Shown: positions 11,301-21,568, counted from the first letter of the stretch. The stretch: 64,000 bases of DNA from a virus (IMGVR_UViG_3300020045_006302:1-64000), one strand, 5' to 3'. The notes: a model not told the origin generated them from the sequence alone. A program made the numbers and translations.

Positions 11301-11388
11301 CATTTAAATTCTTAGGAGAACGTACTATAGGTATTGTTGCTCTACTGTATCCTAAATCTCCTAAATAATCTCCATTTTGTGTTGCCAT
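8371..11388 (-). CDS. Virion ejection/cargo protein with C-terminal M15-type peptidase domain
   Basis: 1005 aa, next to the vRNAP; C-terminal GGFR...SPHKYGYALDI...NHLHVEF matches the M15 Zn-peptidase R/SxHxxGxAxD/HxH pattern. Confidence 0.65.
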   Translation of the reverse strand: MATQNGDYLGDLGYSRATIPIVRSPKNLNEVLNAREQQYLQSVQNETALENMMTNLKYLPQDEQVYNALVDETKAFSASLTPDNMADNVLNTYKFANDFTNKKGGKQLAENYANLQSAYAEIDKNEGITPDMKDYYKAKVQVSPVTKSDVTGFYNSGRIGQPKVNPYVDAAEEAIKLFDGIKADGYYDQNEDGTVTIKQPIPGLLQYNKGDIVTQDRIIEGLTSYFNSRPDIQGYFGDRSDFITSRSQNPLTDLYSKLTPNEKKNVLGNENASEADLKNFLDNKGISAQQALKNANVNELTKNAIQPAVSKLAFKNVQPTVLTDDLLMKAVGWKAETEKDAPLDNSITSIQDWNTMQAVNPSDYIQLENDVATIKTSLPTLRNDIATYEIEVNKKTPGYTTEELNRKREQLAVINKKIEQVDVTKRNVTDAVYDLASKKGINITKEFANNNSERATIVQQLNARAKSDELNKGRGDFGGIGYVRVPTETEYKDFIASKYAGSNKGQYDPASGGTIIDGVVYSERDIEIPSKLKSLAGEFNIPTTRDLSYLHIEGETQKQSLKKYNNLLTDEKHTLKSNPETYMVGERPLSSVLADYGIEDLRADVDWDKTDIQVLLQNDDKGGILRGINLALTKTGLENLNDDAKEMYQNTNSIKVNASYEGKNKGTRQELIQSTIRDSFRDIVAGGTKDGTYQNVIKASGEMYANATGLGKTIDDANLYTLLPGRSTGVEINHGGNKIPLTIEATAKTALGSALNNTDFRVYTGEGSNRMVLVQDKGGQYKFENASNTSNVPVDFENPGDIKQWIGGSALEQDASKVETKVETNPYTPYLQQRGNINGYKKVSENDIKSTSYNAYTRSLPAFYNQGNANIPLKSMNGQTSYIEARVPKNDLVDFSSSLAGHIAPNIQLPYINKNVVTYAIPLVKDNKLLVTGGFRGENTHDHLKNSNKDSPHKYGYALDIEDNAEGLEFKNKLMNNPELLKQYNIARMLQEGNHLHVEFNTPYL

Positions 11389-11389
11389 T

Positions 11390-13054
11390 TTATATACCTA
11401 TTAGTGATTTTAGTAATGGATTATTTTTTGCTCTTTGTCGAATATAAGGATTTAATCTATATTCTCTTTTCTTTTGTCCTGTTATATCATTTTGTAATTC
11501 AGTAAGAAGTTCATTATCATCTTGTGTTAATATTGCAGACTTTTGTCCCATTTGACTAATATCTTCTGCAAAGTTATTTATATTAGCTGAAGTTCTTGCC
11601 AATCTTCCTGCTGTATTTGCTTGAACTCTATCTTGATAATCACTAAAAATATTATTATTTTGTGTTTCATTTCTATTTTGATATTCTTTATTTCTATTTT
11701 CTAATTGAGTTTGAATATTATTTTGATTTGCATATACATCTGATAATTGTTGAGAACCTCTTAATCTTGTTGCAGCTATATTTGCTCTTGCTATATTACT
11801 ATTAGATGTATTACTCATCACATTATTAGCTGTAGCTTCTACTGCATTTTTAACTGCTGCTACTTGTGGATTTACATTTACTCGTGTATTTAATCTAACA
11901 GGAGAATTTAATATAGGTTTAGGTACTCTTGGACTTGCAGCATTTATTATGGCATTTCCTATATTATCTATTCCTAATCTTAAAAAATCTCCCCCTTTAT
12001 CAGAATTTGCATCATAAGGAGAAACTTCTTTAGGAAGTACATCAGGAATAATAGTAGGTAAAGGTGCTACTATTGGTTGAGATTCTGTAGCTAAAGTATT
12101 TTCATTAGGATTATAAGTAGTTGAAGGAAATAACTGCTCTTCATATGTTTTTCTAAATCCATAAGGGTCTGTATTTTTTCTTATAGGTCCTCCTAATGCT
12201 AATTTATCTAATACTTGCATTCCTTCTATTTCTTTATGTAATTCTTGTTGTTTAAATAAACTTTCTTCTGCCATATTTAAACCTGCAAGTTGTCTTTCTA
12301 CTGTATTTTTACTTACTGTAGTAAGTTTACCATCTAACCTTTTTTCTAATGTATTTCGTTTTGATGTTACTTTTTTCATTTTATCTGCATAAGTATTTTT
12401 ATTATCAGCCATTAATCTATTACTAAATACAGCTTGTCCATCAGCAATTACTTCTCCGTCTTCTACTTCTGCAACAGGTTGTCCATTTTCAGATAAAGTT
12501 ACACCATAAGAATTATCTATAGTTTTTTCTCCATGTTCATTTCCTACTACTTCTTGAACTCCTTCTGCTAATGGTTTTAATTTTCCTCCTGTTGTTTGAA
12601 ACTTCCCTATAGAAGAATCTTCCAGCAATGCTGATTTATCTATTAATCCTCCTTTTGCGTAATATTCTACAGTATCTTGTCCTACTGTATTTTTATAATC
12701 TTCTGCAATTATTCTATCTTGATTAGTTCTTTGTCCCCACATAGCATTCATTGCTGCTTGTTGTTGAGCCTTTTGTTTTTTTCTTGCCATTTCAGAAGAA
12801 AAAACTCCTGTAACTAATCCTACTCCTGCTCCTACTGGGCCTCCCATGCTTGCTCCTGATACAGTACTACTTAAAATAGTTCCTGCTTGTCCTTCTGCTA
12901 ACCCGCTTGAAGATATAAAAGCAGAACCTTTTTCTAATCCTTCTCTATTATCTAATAGACTTTTTGGACGTTCTTTATCCCATTTTTCATCTCCTATATT
13001 ACTTCCAATTATATTAGCTGATATATGTCGTTTTCTACTATTTAGTCTTTTCAT
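11390..13054 (-). CDS. Ejection cargo protein with glycine-rich membrane segment
   Basis: 554 aa; GASMGGPVGAGVGLVTG segment and HGE...GV...AEVEDGEVI motif, as in crAss-like cargo proteins; position between muzzle and vRNAP. Confidence 0.55.
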   Translation of the reverse strand: MKRLNSRKRHISANIIGSNIGDEKWDKERPKSLLDNREGLEKGSAFISSSGLAEGQAGTILSSTVSGASMGGPVGAGVGLVTGVFSSEMARKKQKAQQQAAMNAMWGQRTNQDRIIAEDYKNTVGQDTVEYYAKGGLIDKSALLEDSSIGKFQTTGGKLKPLAEGVQEVVGNEHGEKTIDNSYGVTLSENGQPVAEVEDGEVIADGQAVFSNRLMADNKNTYADKMKKVTSKRNTLEKRLDGKLTTVSKNTVERQLAGLNMAEESLFKQQELHKEIEGMQVLDKLALGGPIRKNTDPYGFRKTYEEQLFPSTTYNPNENTLATESQPIVAPLPTIIPDVLPKEVSPYDANSDKGGDFLRLGIDNIGNAIINAASPRVPKPILNSPVRLNTRVNVNPQVAAVKNAVEATANNVMSNTSNSNIARANIAATRLRGSQQLSDVYANQNNIQTQLENRNKEYQNRNETQNNNIFSDYQDRVQANTAGRLARTSANINNFAEDISQMGQKSAILTQDDNELLTELQNDITGQKKREYRLNPYIRQRAKNNPLLKSLIGI

Positions 13055-13060
13055 AATATC

Positions 13061-16000
13061 TTATCTTTGTGATGTTACACTCTTTACATTAACTTGATTT
13101 ATATATACATTGTTAGTTGTACCTCCAAATATTATTAATCTAACAACTATAAATGTACTAATAAAATTTGATTTATAAAACCATGAGCCTAAGTTATTTA
13201 AGTTATCTATATTAAAATTTCCTTCTTTATCAATAATAGTAACATCTTTATTTATGACTATATCTTTAAATTTATTAAAATTCCAATTACCTTCTACATT
13301 TCTATTTAATACAAATTGTTGATTAGTTAAATCTATTATACCACTACATTGATAGTTTGTATATACTGCTATTGCGTCTATAGTTTTATCATAATAATTT
13401 TGTACTTCATTTACATCTATTACATCTGTATTCCATGTAATACATTGATATAATTTAGTTAAATCTATTCTACTATTAAATATTAAATCTACGTAACTAT
13501 TATATTGAATATTACCATAAAATACTCCTTTAGATTGTAATTTACTATTATGTCTAAATAATACATTACCTAATTCATCTATAGTAGGGCTAATACTATA
13601 TAATCCTTTACTATTCCATATATATACTTTAGGATAGTAATCATGTTTGCAAACCCATACTGGACTTTTTTCTAAATTTAATGACCAAGTTATACTTAAA
13701 TTATCAAATAATAATGTATCATCATAATTCATTATATCTCCTTCTGAATTATAAAAAAACATTCCATCAAAAGTATCATACAAAGTATCATCTTTAATTT
13801 TATAATATTTCTTAGTAAAAAATACTCTATTATATTTTTCATCATATCCTACTATATGTCCTACGCTATTAAATGGATTATCTACAGGCTGTTTATTTCC
13901 TCTTTCATCTAATCTAAAGTATTCTAAAAATGTATTCCAATTCTCTGAAAAGTATATTTCCATATTTGCTTTAGATACTTCTATTGCATTTGTACCATTA
14001 ACTAAGAATATTTTACCTTTATTTTGGTCTACTGTAATATAATAATCTGGAATTAATTTACAGGCAAACTGACTTGTACTTCCTATATATCCTTTATTAT
14101 TATCATGTATTTCTACTGGAGCCTTATCAAATAAATTACCTGTTCCTAATTGTATTACAGTTCCATCATTTTCTAAAGTATCTTTTATACTTGCTACTGA
14201 TAATGTATATCTTTGTTGAATATATAACATATATATAGTACCTCGTAATGCGGTAAGTTCTCCTTTATTATTAGGCATATCATAATACTTATTTGCCGGA
14301 AAACTCCTTACATTATTTGTTTGTAAATTTTCATTAGGAATACTTTGTGATAATGCTATTCTAAATGGATATTTATTTATAAAAGGAGAATCTATTGAAA
14401 AACTAATAGATACTATTTTATCATTTAAACTTCTAAACTGTTCTTCATTATCTATAATAGTTTCATAAGATAACGTACCTAATAATGTAGTTTGTCCTCC
14501 ACTTCCTGTTAAATCATATACTAAATGTGATTTATCTATTACAACTGTTACTTTACTATTATTTGCTACTGATACCATACCAGTTAAATGTATATAAAAA
14601 TATCTTAATCGTCCTATAATAGTACTTCCTACTGAAATTCCTAAAGATTTAGTAAGAGAATTATTTATAAATACATCTCCATTTTTATATAATTCCTTAG
14701 TTGTGTTTGTAATTAATACTCTTCCTAATGAGATAAAATCAGTACTACTAAAACCCGGATATACATTTTTTACTATATTTATTAAACTATAATTAAGTAT
14801 TATTTCATAACAATCGTCACCTGTTACAGTAACTTCATCATACAACCTACTTATACTATTATATCTTTCTAAATTTGCTGTATCTGTACTTCCATATTGT
14901 ATATTAAAAGGGTTCCATCTATTTTCTCTTATTCCTGTTAATCCGTTATTTCCTTGTAAATAATTTTTAGAAAGTAAAACTATTTTTGCATCATTAAATA
15001 AAGTACCTTCTGTAATATTATTTTCAGGTAAATATGTCATTGCTTTTACTATTGCATATTTTTGTACAGGTGGTATTTTATATATAAGAGGTAATTGCAT
15101 TTCAATCTTATTATTTCTATTAGTACTACTTTCTGCTGCAGCAAAAGCATCAGCACTAACTCCATAATTAGCTTTTACTATAGTAGGAGATATATTGGAT
15201 TTATATATTTCTAATGTATTACTAAATAACTGTGCTTTACCAAAATGTTCTGCTCTTGTTCTATATGCATTATTTACATTTAAATCTTCTTGATATAATA
15301 CATTAGTTAACATACTTCTTAATATTCCATCTACATTTTGAATACTTTCTGAAACTTGTAAACTAAATCCTATATCTTCAACTAAATATCCACCTTGTTT
15401 TCTTTTTTGTATATTTATTCTAAAACCTTGTAATTGGTTTCTAACTTCTAAAGGAACTATTTCTTCAAAGTTTGTAAGTCTTATTCCTAATCTTGGTACT
15501 TTACCATTATATTCAGGGTCTGTAGGATCTCCTGTACCTAAATTACCATAAGATAAATCATGTGAATTTTTATTATAATATCCAAGTAAAGAAGGAATTT
15601 TTTCTATAATTGCATCTAATCCTGGCATTCTATGGTATAAAATAGGACTATTTCTAAAATCTATTCCATCTACTATTACATTTCCATTATAATCTTCTAT
15701 ACTATTATATTCTATATTATTAGGATATGTTTCTTCATTTTCCCAAAATCCACATTCCATTTGACGATTTAATCCTGTACTTAAATCAGATTCATTATTA
15801 CTATAAGGTGCACCTATAGTAAATTTACCCGTATTAATTACATGAAATTTTCTATATGAATTTCCTATTAAATCATCTAATCCCATTGCTATTAATTCAG
15901 CATCTGTAAATAAATCCCTTTCATCATTTATAGCTTGTCTTCCGGGAATATGATAAGAATCTAAATAATTACCATTTTTTAATTGAGGCTGAATACTAAT

Positions 16001-17083
16001 AGCATATACTTCATCAAAACATAAAGTAGGATGTGTAAATATTGTTTCTTCATAATTATTTTGTAAATCTTCATCTATAAACATAGGTTCTATTTTTAAT
16101 AGATTAGCGTATTTTTGAAATTTAAATTCATTTTCTCCTATTAAATTTCCTATAGCCAATTGATTATTTTGAATAGTAAATGTTTTTACTTTATTATAGT
16201 TTATAGATTCTACAACTAAACTATTAATATCAATTTCTGTAAAATTCGATAAAGTACTTATAGTTGTTTCTAATGTAGTACCATTATAAATAAGCTTTTG
16301 GCTTTCATATGCTACTAATGCATTTTCTGAATTTACTATTATTCCTATTTTTATTGCATTATAATTTAAACTTAAATTCTCAAAGAATAATTTAATATTT
16401 CTTCTTTTATTATCTTCTGGTAAATCATTTAGTGTAAAGTTTCCATTTACAAAAGTTTTATATGTAGGATATGCAATATTTTGAGTTACGTAAAAAGGAG
16501 AGCTTGATACATTGTCAGGAAGTATATAAGAATATGTAATATAAACTATATCTGCTTCCAATGTAGATATTTCTTCGTAATCTATATTTATATTAGCCTC
16601 TTGTTCTCCTATAAATAAATTAAGTATAGTAATATCATCGGGATTTACTAATTCTAAATCAACATCTAAATCTATTCCTGTATCAAAAATATTTAATAAT
16701 CTTGGAGAAAAACTATCTTCAAATATACCATCTGAAAATATTACTATTAATTCTTGTTTTTGATTATAAAATCCTTCTCCCTCTATAGGTCTTGCTAAAT
16801 TAAATCCTAAATATATACTTCTTATTATTCCTATATATTCATCATTTTCATTTTTATATCCTATACATGAATATTCTCCATCAACGCTAAAAACCACTAC
16901 ATGTTCTGTAGTGGTTATTTCTCCTATTGTCTCTCCGGGAATTTTAAGAGTAAAATCAAATCCATCATTTTGGGTTATTGAACTTCTACCTTTAGTAAGT
17001 ACTATATTTCGAGCATGTTCCCACATTCCTGTAGGTGTTTTGCTTCTTACTGTTGCTTTTGATGCTCCGTTAAATTCTTCCAT
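13061..17083 (-). CDS. Tail muzzle / tail stabilization protein
   Basis: 1340 aa beta-rich; C-terminal GYIGSTSQF, VGYDEKYNRVFFTKK, TWSLN..W...HDYYP and RNVEGNWNFNKFKD; synteny with crAss-like tail module. Confidence 0.7.
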   Translation of the reverse strand: MEEFNGASKATVRSKTPTGMWEHARNIVLTKGRSSITQNDGFDFTLKIPGETIGEITTTEHVVVFSVDGEYSCIGYKNENDEYIGIIRSIYLGFNLARPIEGEGFYNQKQELIVIFSDGIFEDSFSPRLLNIFDTGIDLDVDLELVNPDDITILNLFIGEQEANINIDYEEISTLEADIVYITYSYILPDNVSSSPFYVTQNIAYPTYKTFVNGNFTLNDLPEDNKRRNIKLFFENLSLNYNAIKIGIIVNSENALVAYESQKLIYNGTTLETTISTLSNFTEIDINSLVVESINYNKVKTFTIQNNQLAIGNLIGENEFKFQKYANLLKIEPMFIDEDLQNNYEETIFTHPTLCFDEVYAISIQPQLKNGNYLDSYHIPGRQAINDERDLFTDAELIAMGLDDLIGNSYRKFHVINTGKFTIGAPYSNNESDLSTGLNRQMECGFWENEETYPNNIEYNSIEDYNGNVIVDGIDFRNSPILYHRMPGLDAIIEKIPSLLGYYNKNSHDLSYGNLGTGDPTDPEYNGKVPRLGIRLTNFEEIVPLEVRNQLQGFRINIQKRKQGGYLVEDIGFSLQVSESIQNVDGILRSMLTNVLYQEDLNVNNAYRTRAEHFGKAQLFSNTLEIYKSNISPTIVKANYGVSADAFAAAESSTNRNNKIEMQLPLIYKIPPVQKYAIVKAMTYLPENNITEGTLFNDAKIVLLSKNYLQGNNGLTGIRENRWNPFNIQYGSTDTANLERYNSISRLYDEVTVTGDDCYEIILNYSLINIVKNVYPGFSSTDFISLGRVLITNTTKELYKNGDVFINNSLTKSLGISVGSTIIGRLRYFYIHLTGMVSVANNSKVTVVIDKSHLVYDLTGSGGQTTLLGTLSYETIIDNEEQFRSLNDKIVSISFSIDSPFINKYPFRIALSQSIPNENLQTNNVRSFPANKYYDMPNNKGELTALRGTIYMLYIQQRYTLSVASIKDTLENDGTVIQLGTGNLFDKAPVEIHDNNKGYIGSTSQFACKLIPDYYITVDQNKGKIFLVNGTNAIEVSKANMEIYFSENWNTFLEYFRLDERGNKQPVDNPFNSVGHIVGYDEKYNRVFFTKKYYKIKDDTLYDTFDGMFFYNSEGDIMNYDDTLLFDNLSITWSLNLEKSPVWVCKHDYYPKVYIWNSKGLYSISPTIDELGNVLFRHNSKLQSKGVFYGNIQYNSYVDLIFNSRIDLTKLYQCITWNTDVIDVNEVQNYYDKTIDAIAVYTNYQCSGIIDLTNQQFVLNRNVEGNWNFNKFKDIVINKDVTIIDKEGNFNIDNLNNLGSWFYKSNFISTFIVVRLIIFGGTTNNVYINQVNVKSVTSQR

Positions 17084-17086
17084 AAC

Positions 17087-17767
17087 TTATACTATACTAT
17101 TACTTATATCTCCTACGAATATATTATTCCACATTTCTGTAAATTCTTGATATTCTTGTGGAGTAAACCAGTTTACATTATTTGCTGCTCTTGGATAAAG
17201 CTTTTCCCAATATTGATTTGCTTCTCTCCATCCTATTTCTGACCTTGTTTTAATTCCTCCTAACCCTAAATTATAAAGTAAATAAAATCTTAATGCTTCA
17301 TATACATTAGGGTCATTTGGAATTAAACTATTACCATCACAATCAGTTGGTAATCCTTTATATATAAATAATACTTTTCCTGTAGCAAATGTAGTTTCTA
17401 AAAAATTACCATTTATAGTTCCATAAGCATTATTCATTTGTCCTAACTGTACTCCTATACCTATATATGGATTGTTTCTTATTATTAATCTACTTAATCC
17501 TGCTACATAAGAAGGACTATCGTTTTCTACATAACAATTATTATCGAGAAGTACAGCTTGTAAATACCCTTCATCACATGGTAATACTGCTCTATTTCCT
17601 TTTACTTCTTTTATTTCAGGTTTATATACCATAAAATTAGGAATACACATTATTTCTAATGCCATTTCTATATATCTTTCTAAATCATGTATATTAGAAG
17701 TATCTTGTATATTCATATCTGATATAAATGCTCCTAAAAATTCTCTACTTAATATACTTCTACTCAT
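17087..17767 (-). CDS. Tail ring (tubular) protein
   Basis: 226 aa directly upstream of the muzzle; G.+...YK.+P.D.DG..LIP.DP...EAL.+Y pattern typical of crAss ring proteins. Confidence 0.55.
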   Translation of the reverse strand: MSRSILSREFLGAFISDMNIQDTSNIHDLERYIEMALEIMCIPNFMVYKPEIKEVKGNRAVLPCDEGYLQAVLLDNNCYVENDSPSYVAGLSRLIIRNNPYIGIGVQLGQMNNAYGTINGNFLETTFATGKVLFIYKGLPTDCDGNSLIPNDPNVYEALRFYLLYNLGLGGIKTRSEIGWREANQYWEKLYPRAANNVNWFTPQEYQEFTEMWNNIFVGDISNSIV

Positions 17768-18542
17768 AAGTTTCTTTATATAATTCTATTGCTTCTCCTA
17801 TTAATTTCTTTCTTGCTACTAATTTATTAATTACAGAATTATTTCCTTTTTGTGCTACATATCTATAACTGGATATACCGGAAATTAATCTATTAGTTCT
17901 TGTTTTAGCTGTATTCCAATACATATATAAATTCTTTTTATCTTCATCATTGAAATACTCTAACCAAGGAATACCATTATATTCTTTTCCTTCTAATAAA
18001 GCTAAATCTGCTTCTTCTTTATAATATAATTGTTTTCCTTCATTTTCAATTCTTTCTTTATTTTCCATTGACTTTTGCCAATTTACTTTCTTTTTTTTAG
18101 TCTGGAAAAATACACATTTAAGTGAACCAAAATGTGTTTGAAAAAATTCATACCTTTTATCTATTATTTCATCTACTAATTGTTTATTAAATTCCATAGT
18201 ACAATATCTAAATAATTCAAAAGGAATAATACTTTTGTTTATTTTATCAATATTGACTGATATACTTTCTATAGGGAGAGAAGAATTATAGTATAATTTT
18301 ACTTGTATTCCAACATATCTTTCTAAATTAGTTTTTAATCTATAAGGAAATATTTCTTTTATACGTCCTTCGTATAAATCATATAAAGAACAAAATCTTA
18401 CTAAAGTTTCTTCATTAGCTATTAATATTTTCTTTATTTTTTCTCTTTCCCTTTCTAATTTCTTTTTCTCTTTTTCTAAATTATATATTTCATCTTTTTT
18501 ACTATAAACATATAAATCATATATAGTTTCAATTGTTATCAT
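17760..18542 (-). CDS. Conserved crAss-like protein, possibly IHF-like
   Basis: 260 aa; FNKQLVDEII...F....G.L...... KVNWQKS segment resembles the IHF-like gene found at this position in crAss-like phages (from memory). Confidence 0.35.
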   Translation of the reverse strand: MITIETIYDLYVYSKKDEIYNLEKEKKKLEREREKIKKILIANEETLVRFCSLYDLYEGRIKEIFPYRLKTNLERYVGIQVKLYYNSSLPIESISVNIDKINKSIIPFELFRYCTMEFNKQLVDEIIDKRYEFFQTHFGSLKCVFFQTKKKKVNWQKSMENKERIENEGKQLYYKEEADLALLEGKEYNGIPWLEYFNDEDKKNLYMYWNTAKTRTNRLISGISSYRYVAQKGNNSVINKLVARKKLIGEAIELYKETYE

Positions 18543-19254
18543 TTATATCAGGTTTTAAATGTACATCTTGTCCTTCTTTTGGTGCTAATCGGTATTCTCC
18601 TGTTATAATCCCTTGTTTCATATTTAATAACATATCATTTGATATAGGAAATTCATTATCATCAATAAATCTATCACTATTACAAAATGTCCATACATCA
18701 CGAGGGTTATCAAATATACCTTGTATTAATAATTCTTTAATATCTAAGGTACTTAAATTATCATCACAAAGCAAGTTATTTAATATTAATATTCTATCAT
18801 CCCATATAGTATAGTATATGTTTTTCTTATTTTGTTTTACGGAACTTACATAAGGAAATGTATCTATAGTTACAAATACAAATCTTTTCATTCCACTAAT
18901 TGTACCTACATAAGAATATAAATCTTTACTAAAATTTTTAAGTCTTACCGGTTTAGGTATTCTTTGTGTACTTATACTTACTGTATATTCATCTAAATTT
19001 CCTTCTCCACTAAAAGCATTTAATATATAATTTCCTTCTCCTCCTAAAACTTCCAATAAATTTACTTCTTCCATAGGAGTTTTAAAATATTGAATAAAAT
19101 GATTATAAGAAATTACTCCATTTCTATCTACATCATCTCTTATAAATTTAGACCTATATATAATTAATGTATCTTTTATACTTTCTTTTAATGTATGATT
19201 AAATTGATCTCCTAATTTATATGCTACATCTTCTGCAATTTGTTGTAATTTCAT
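18529..19254 (-). CDS. Tail ring (tubular) protein
   Basis: 241 aa; GIFDNP...DDNEFPISNDML motif and position in the ring cluster. Confidence 0.55.
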   Translation of the reverse strand: MKLQQIAEDVAYKLGDQFNHTLKESIKDTLIIYRSKFIRDDVDRNGVISYNHFIQYFKTPMEEVNLLEVLGGEGNYILNAFSGEGNLDEYTVSISTQRIPKPVRLKNFSKDLYSYVGTISGMKRFVFVTIDTFPYVSSVKQNKKNIYYTIWDDRILILNNLLCDDNLSTLDIKELLIQGIFDNPRDVWTFCNSDRFIDDNEFPISNDMLLNMKQGIITGEYRLAPKEGQDVHLKPDINDNN

Positions 19255-19255
19255 A

Positions 19256-19948
19256 TTAAAATAATTTAATTATTCCTACATTCACGAACTTATTCTTTCC
19301 CTTTACAGAACGATCCACAGAGTTTGATGTACTATAATTTGTATTATATCCTGCTTCAAATTGCCAATTAGATTTTAATTGATATATTCCTTTTATACCT
19401 ACTGCATCATTACTATACCAATTTACACCTATTCCTATTTTATTTCTTACATCCTTAGTTAATGTATTTTCTACTGTCCTTTGTACTGTTATAGTCTTAG
19501 TAATATATGAAGGAAATTTGGGCTTATATAAGAAGTCCTGATAAACGATTTCGTCCGAAACAGGATTGAGTACCGTAAAAATTTTTCCATCGATTAGGGA
19601 GTCTGTGACAGCCTGTGTGAAGGTCTTAACAAGCGGTATAATCTCCGTTCTCGTTTTTCGCTCACCAGTCAAACTATCTACTGTAACATATGTATTATAA
19701 TAATTTTTAATTTCTTTTCCTTTTTCTAATTTTTCTACTTTTATAAGTAATTCTTTATATAAATTAACAATTGTATCTACATCTACAGATATAGTATCTA
19801 CTTTTATTACTGTTTCTTTTTTAGTATAACCTCCTAATGAAGTTATTATTTTATCTTTTCCCCAATCTATCATTAACCAAAACAATAAAAGGAGTATTAC
19901 TACTCCTATTATTATCTTAATATTCTTATTAATTTTAGTATCAATCAT
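19256..19948 (-). CDS. Membrane-anchored lysis accessory protein (spanin-like)
   Basis: N-terminal TM helix, coiled coil, beta-rich C-terminus ending VGIIKLF; last gene of the lysis cassette. Confidence 0.4.
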   Translation of the reverse strand: MIDTKINKNIKIIIGVVILLLLFWLMIDWGKDKIITSLGGYTKKETVIKVDTISVDVDTIVNLYKELLIKVEKLEKGKEIKNYYNTYVTVDSLTGERKTRTEIIPLVKTFTQAVTDSLIDGKIFTVLNPVSDEIVYQDFLYKPKFPSYITKTITVQRTVENTLTKDVRNKIGIGVNWYSNDAVGIKGIYQLKSNWQFEAGYNTNYSTSNSVDRSVKGKNKFVNVGIIKLF

Positions 19949-19958
19949 TACATTATTA

Positions 19959-20207
19959 TTAAGGTTCTATTATTTTTTCTGCTATACTATTATCTACTTT
20001 ACCGGCTCGTTTTATAAACTGACCTTTAGTATAAGCTTGGCTAATATTATACGCTCCAACTATACTTCCTAATACAACTATTGCATGTTCTACAGTATTC
20101 CAAGCTTTACTTATAGCAGCTAATATTCCTAATACTCCTACAACTGCTACTACTAACCATGACAAAGCTACTCTACTTCTCTTTGTTATAAATTCCGTAA
20201 TTTCCAT
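19959..20207 (-). CDS. Holin-like two-TM protein
   Basis: 82 aa, two hydrophobic helices, basic C-tail, adjacent to the amidase. Confidence 0.5.
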   Translation of the reverse strand: MEITEFITKRSRVALSWLVVAVVGVLGILAAISKAWNTVEHAIVVLGSIVGAYNISQAYTKGQFIKRAGKVDNSIAEKIIEP

Positions 20208-20824
20208 GCCTGTTCTCCGTATAATTTAATTATATTATTTTTTATTCCAAGTACTATAGCTTTTGCCATTCTTTCTATATTTAAAGGATTAGAAAGAAAT
20301 TCATAATCTTTTCTATTATCAAAAAATCCTATTTCTAATAATACTGCCGGCATAATTGTATTTTTAATTACATAAAAATTTTCTTCTTTATCTCTATCTC
20401 CATCACTTGTATCATATCTCATTTTACGAGTAGGAAATTCTTTTTCTATAGCAACTAAAATTTCTTCTGCAAATCCATCCGACAATGTTTTACCTTTAGA
20501 ACTAAAAACTTCTGTACCTTCTCCACCTCCTGCATTATTATGTACTGACACATATAAAGCATTCTTTTTATCAGGTAATTTATTAGCTATTCTAACTCTT
20601 TCTGCTAAACTAATATCTCTAATATCATTAGGTCTTACTGTATATACTACTTTAAAACCTTCTAATGCTGCATTTCTTGTAATTGCTTCTACATATTTTT
20701 GATTTTCATATCCTTCATATACATGAAGTCCATCAGGAAATACAAATTGTTTTCCAGGAGTAGCATAAGTATTAGTATTACTTAATGTTGCATGTCCTCT
20801 ATCTAATATTAATGTATCTATCAT
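20186..20824 (-). CDS. Endolysin, N-acetylmuramoyl-L-alanine amidase (Amidase_3)
   Basis: LDRGH, E, SVHNNA, GTEV and FYVIKNTIMPAVLLEIGFFDN Zn-amidase motifs. Confidence 0.92.
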   Translation of the reverse strand: MIDTLILDRGHATLSNTNTYATPGKQFVFPDGLHVYEGYENQKYVEAITRNAALEGFKVVYTVRPNDIRDISLAERVRIANKLPDKKNALYVSVHNNAGGGEGTEVFSSKGKTLSDGFAEEILVAIEKEFPTRKMRYDTSDGDRDKEENFYVIKNTIMPAVLLEIGFFDNRKDYEFLSNPLNIERMAKAIVLGIKNNIIKLYGEQAWKLRNL

Positions 20825-21174
20825 TGTGTTGGTTTTTTAATATTTAACCTCTTGTAAATCTCTTCAAATTGCTTTTCAACTCCTTTTCTCCATTCAAGTA
20901 ATCCAGCTTCTGTAACTCGCATTTCATAAATATGTTTTGTAAGTTCTTCTACTTTACCTGATAATGTTTGTGTAATTTTATTAGTAGTTTCTACATCTTT
21001 CTTTACTAATGATATTTCTGTTTTAATTTCAGACATTATATCTTTAATAGAAGAAAGTAAATCTACATTTCTTTCATTTTGTTTATCTGCTTTATTAATT
21101 ACATATTTAATTAACCATCCTGATAGACCTAAAAGAACTGAAAATATAATAGTTATAATATTTTGTGTTGTCAT
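20821..21174 (-). CDS. Single-TM coiled-coil protein (holin/antiholin-like)
   Basis: N-terminal TM followed by heptad coiled coil, upstream of the amidase. Confidence 0.4.
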   Translation of the reverse strand: MTTQNIITIIFSVLLGLSGWLIKYVINKADKQNERNVDLLSSIKDIMSEIKTEISLVKKDVETTNKITQTLSGKVEELTKHIYEMRVTEAGLLEWRKGVEKQFEEIYKRLNIKKPTQ

Positions 21175-21184
21175 AAATTATTAA

Positions 21185-21568
21185 TTATTTAATTACTAAT
21201 ATATCCTCTAATAACATAATTACTTCTAACTCAATATTACTGTCTTTCATATAATTATAAAAAGATTCTTCATTTATTAAATTAGTATTTTCTAATTCTA
21301 CTAAAGTATTATTCATATCTATAATATCTTTATTAAAATTATCTTTTACTGATTCATCACTATACTCACTTTTAAGAGTTTCTTCATTAAATATTACACC
21401 ATTTCTTTTAAATATTTCTTCTTGTAAAGTAATAACTAATTCTAATTCTTTTTTAATTTCAAATTTTAATTTAATAATTGCTTTTAAGTCTTCAATTTCT
21501 ATTTTATTTGTTTTAATATTATTTAAAGCTTTATTAATATTTACTAAATCTTTTATTTTAATTTTCAT
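21185..21568 (-). CDS. Hypothetical protein, possible tail-fibre chaperone
   Basis: 127 aa helical ORF in the tail-fibre cluster. Confidence 0.3.
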   Translation of the reverse strand: MKIKIKDLVNINKALNNIKTNKIEIEDLKAIIKLKFEIKKELELVITLQEEIFKRNGVIFNEETLKSEYSDESVKDNFNKDIIDMNNTLVELENTNLINEESFYNYMKDSNIELEVIMLLEDILVIK

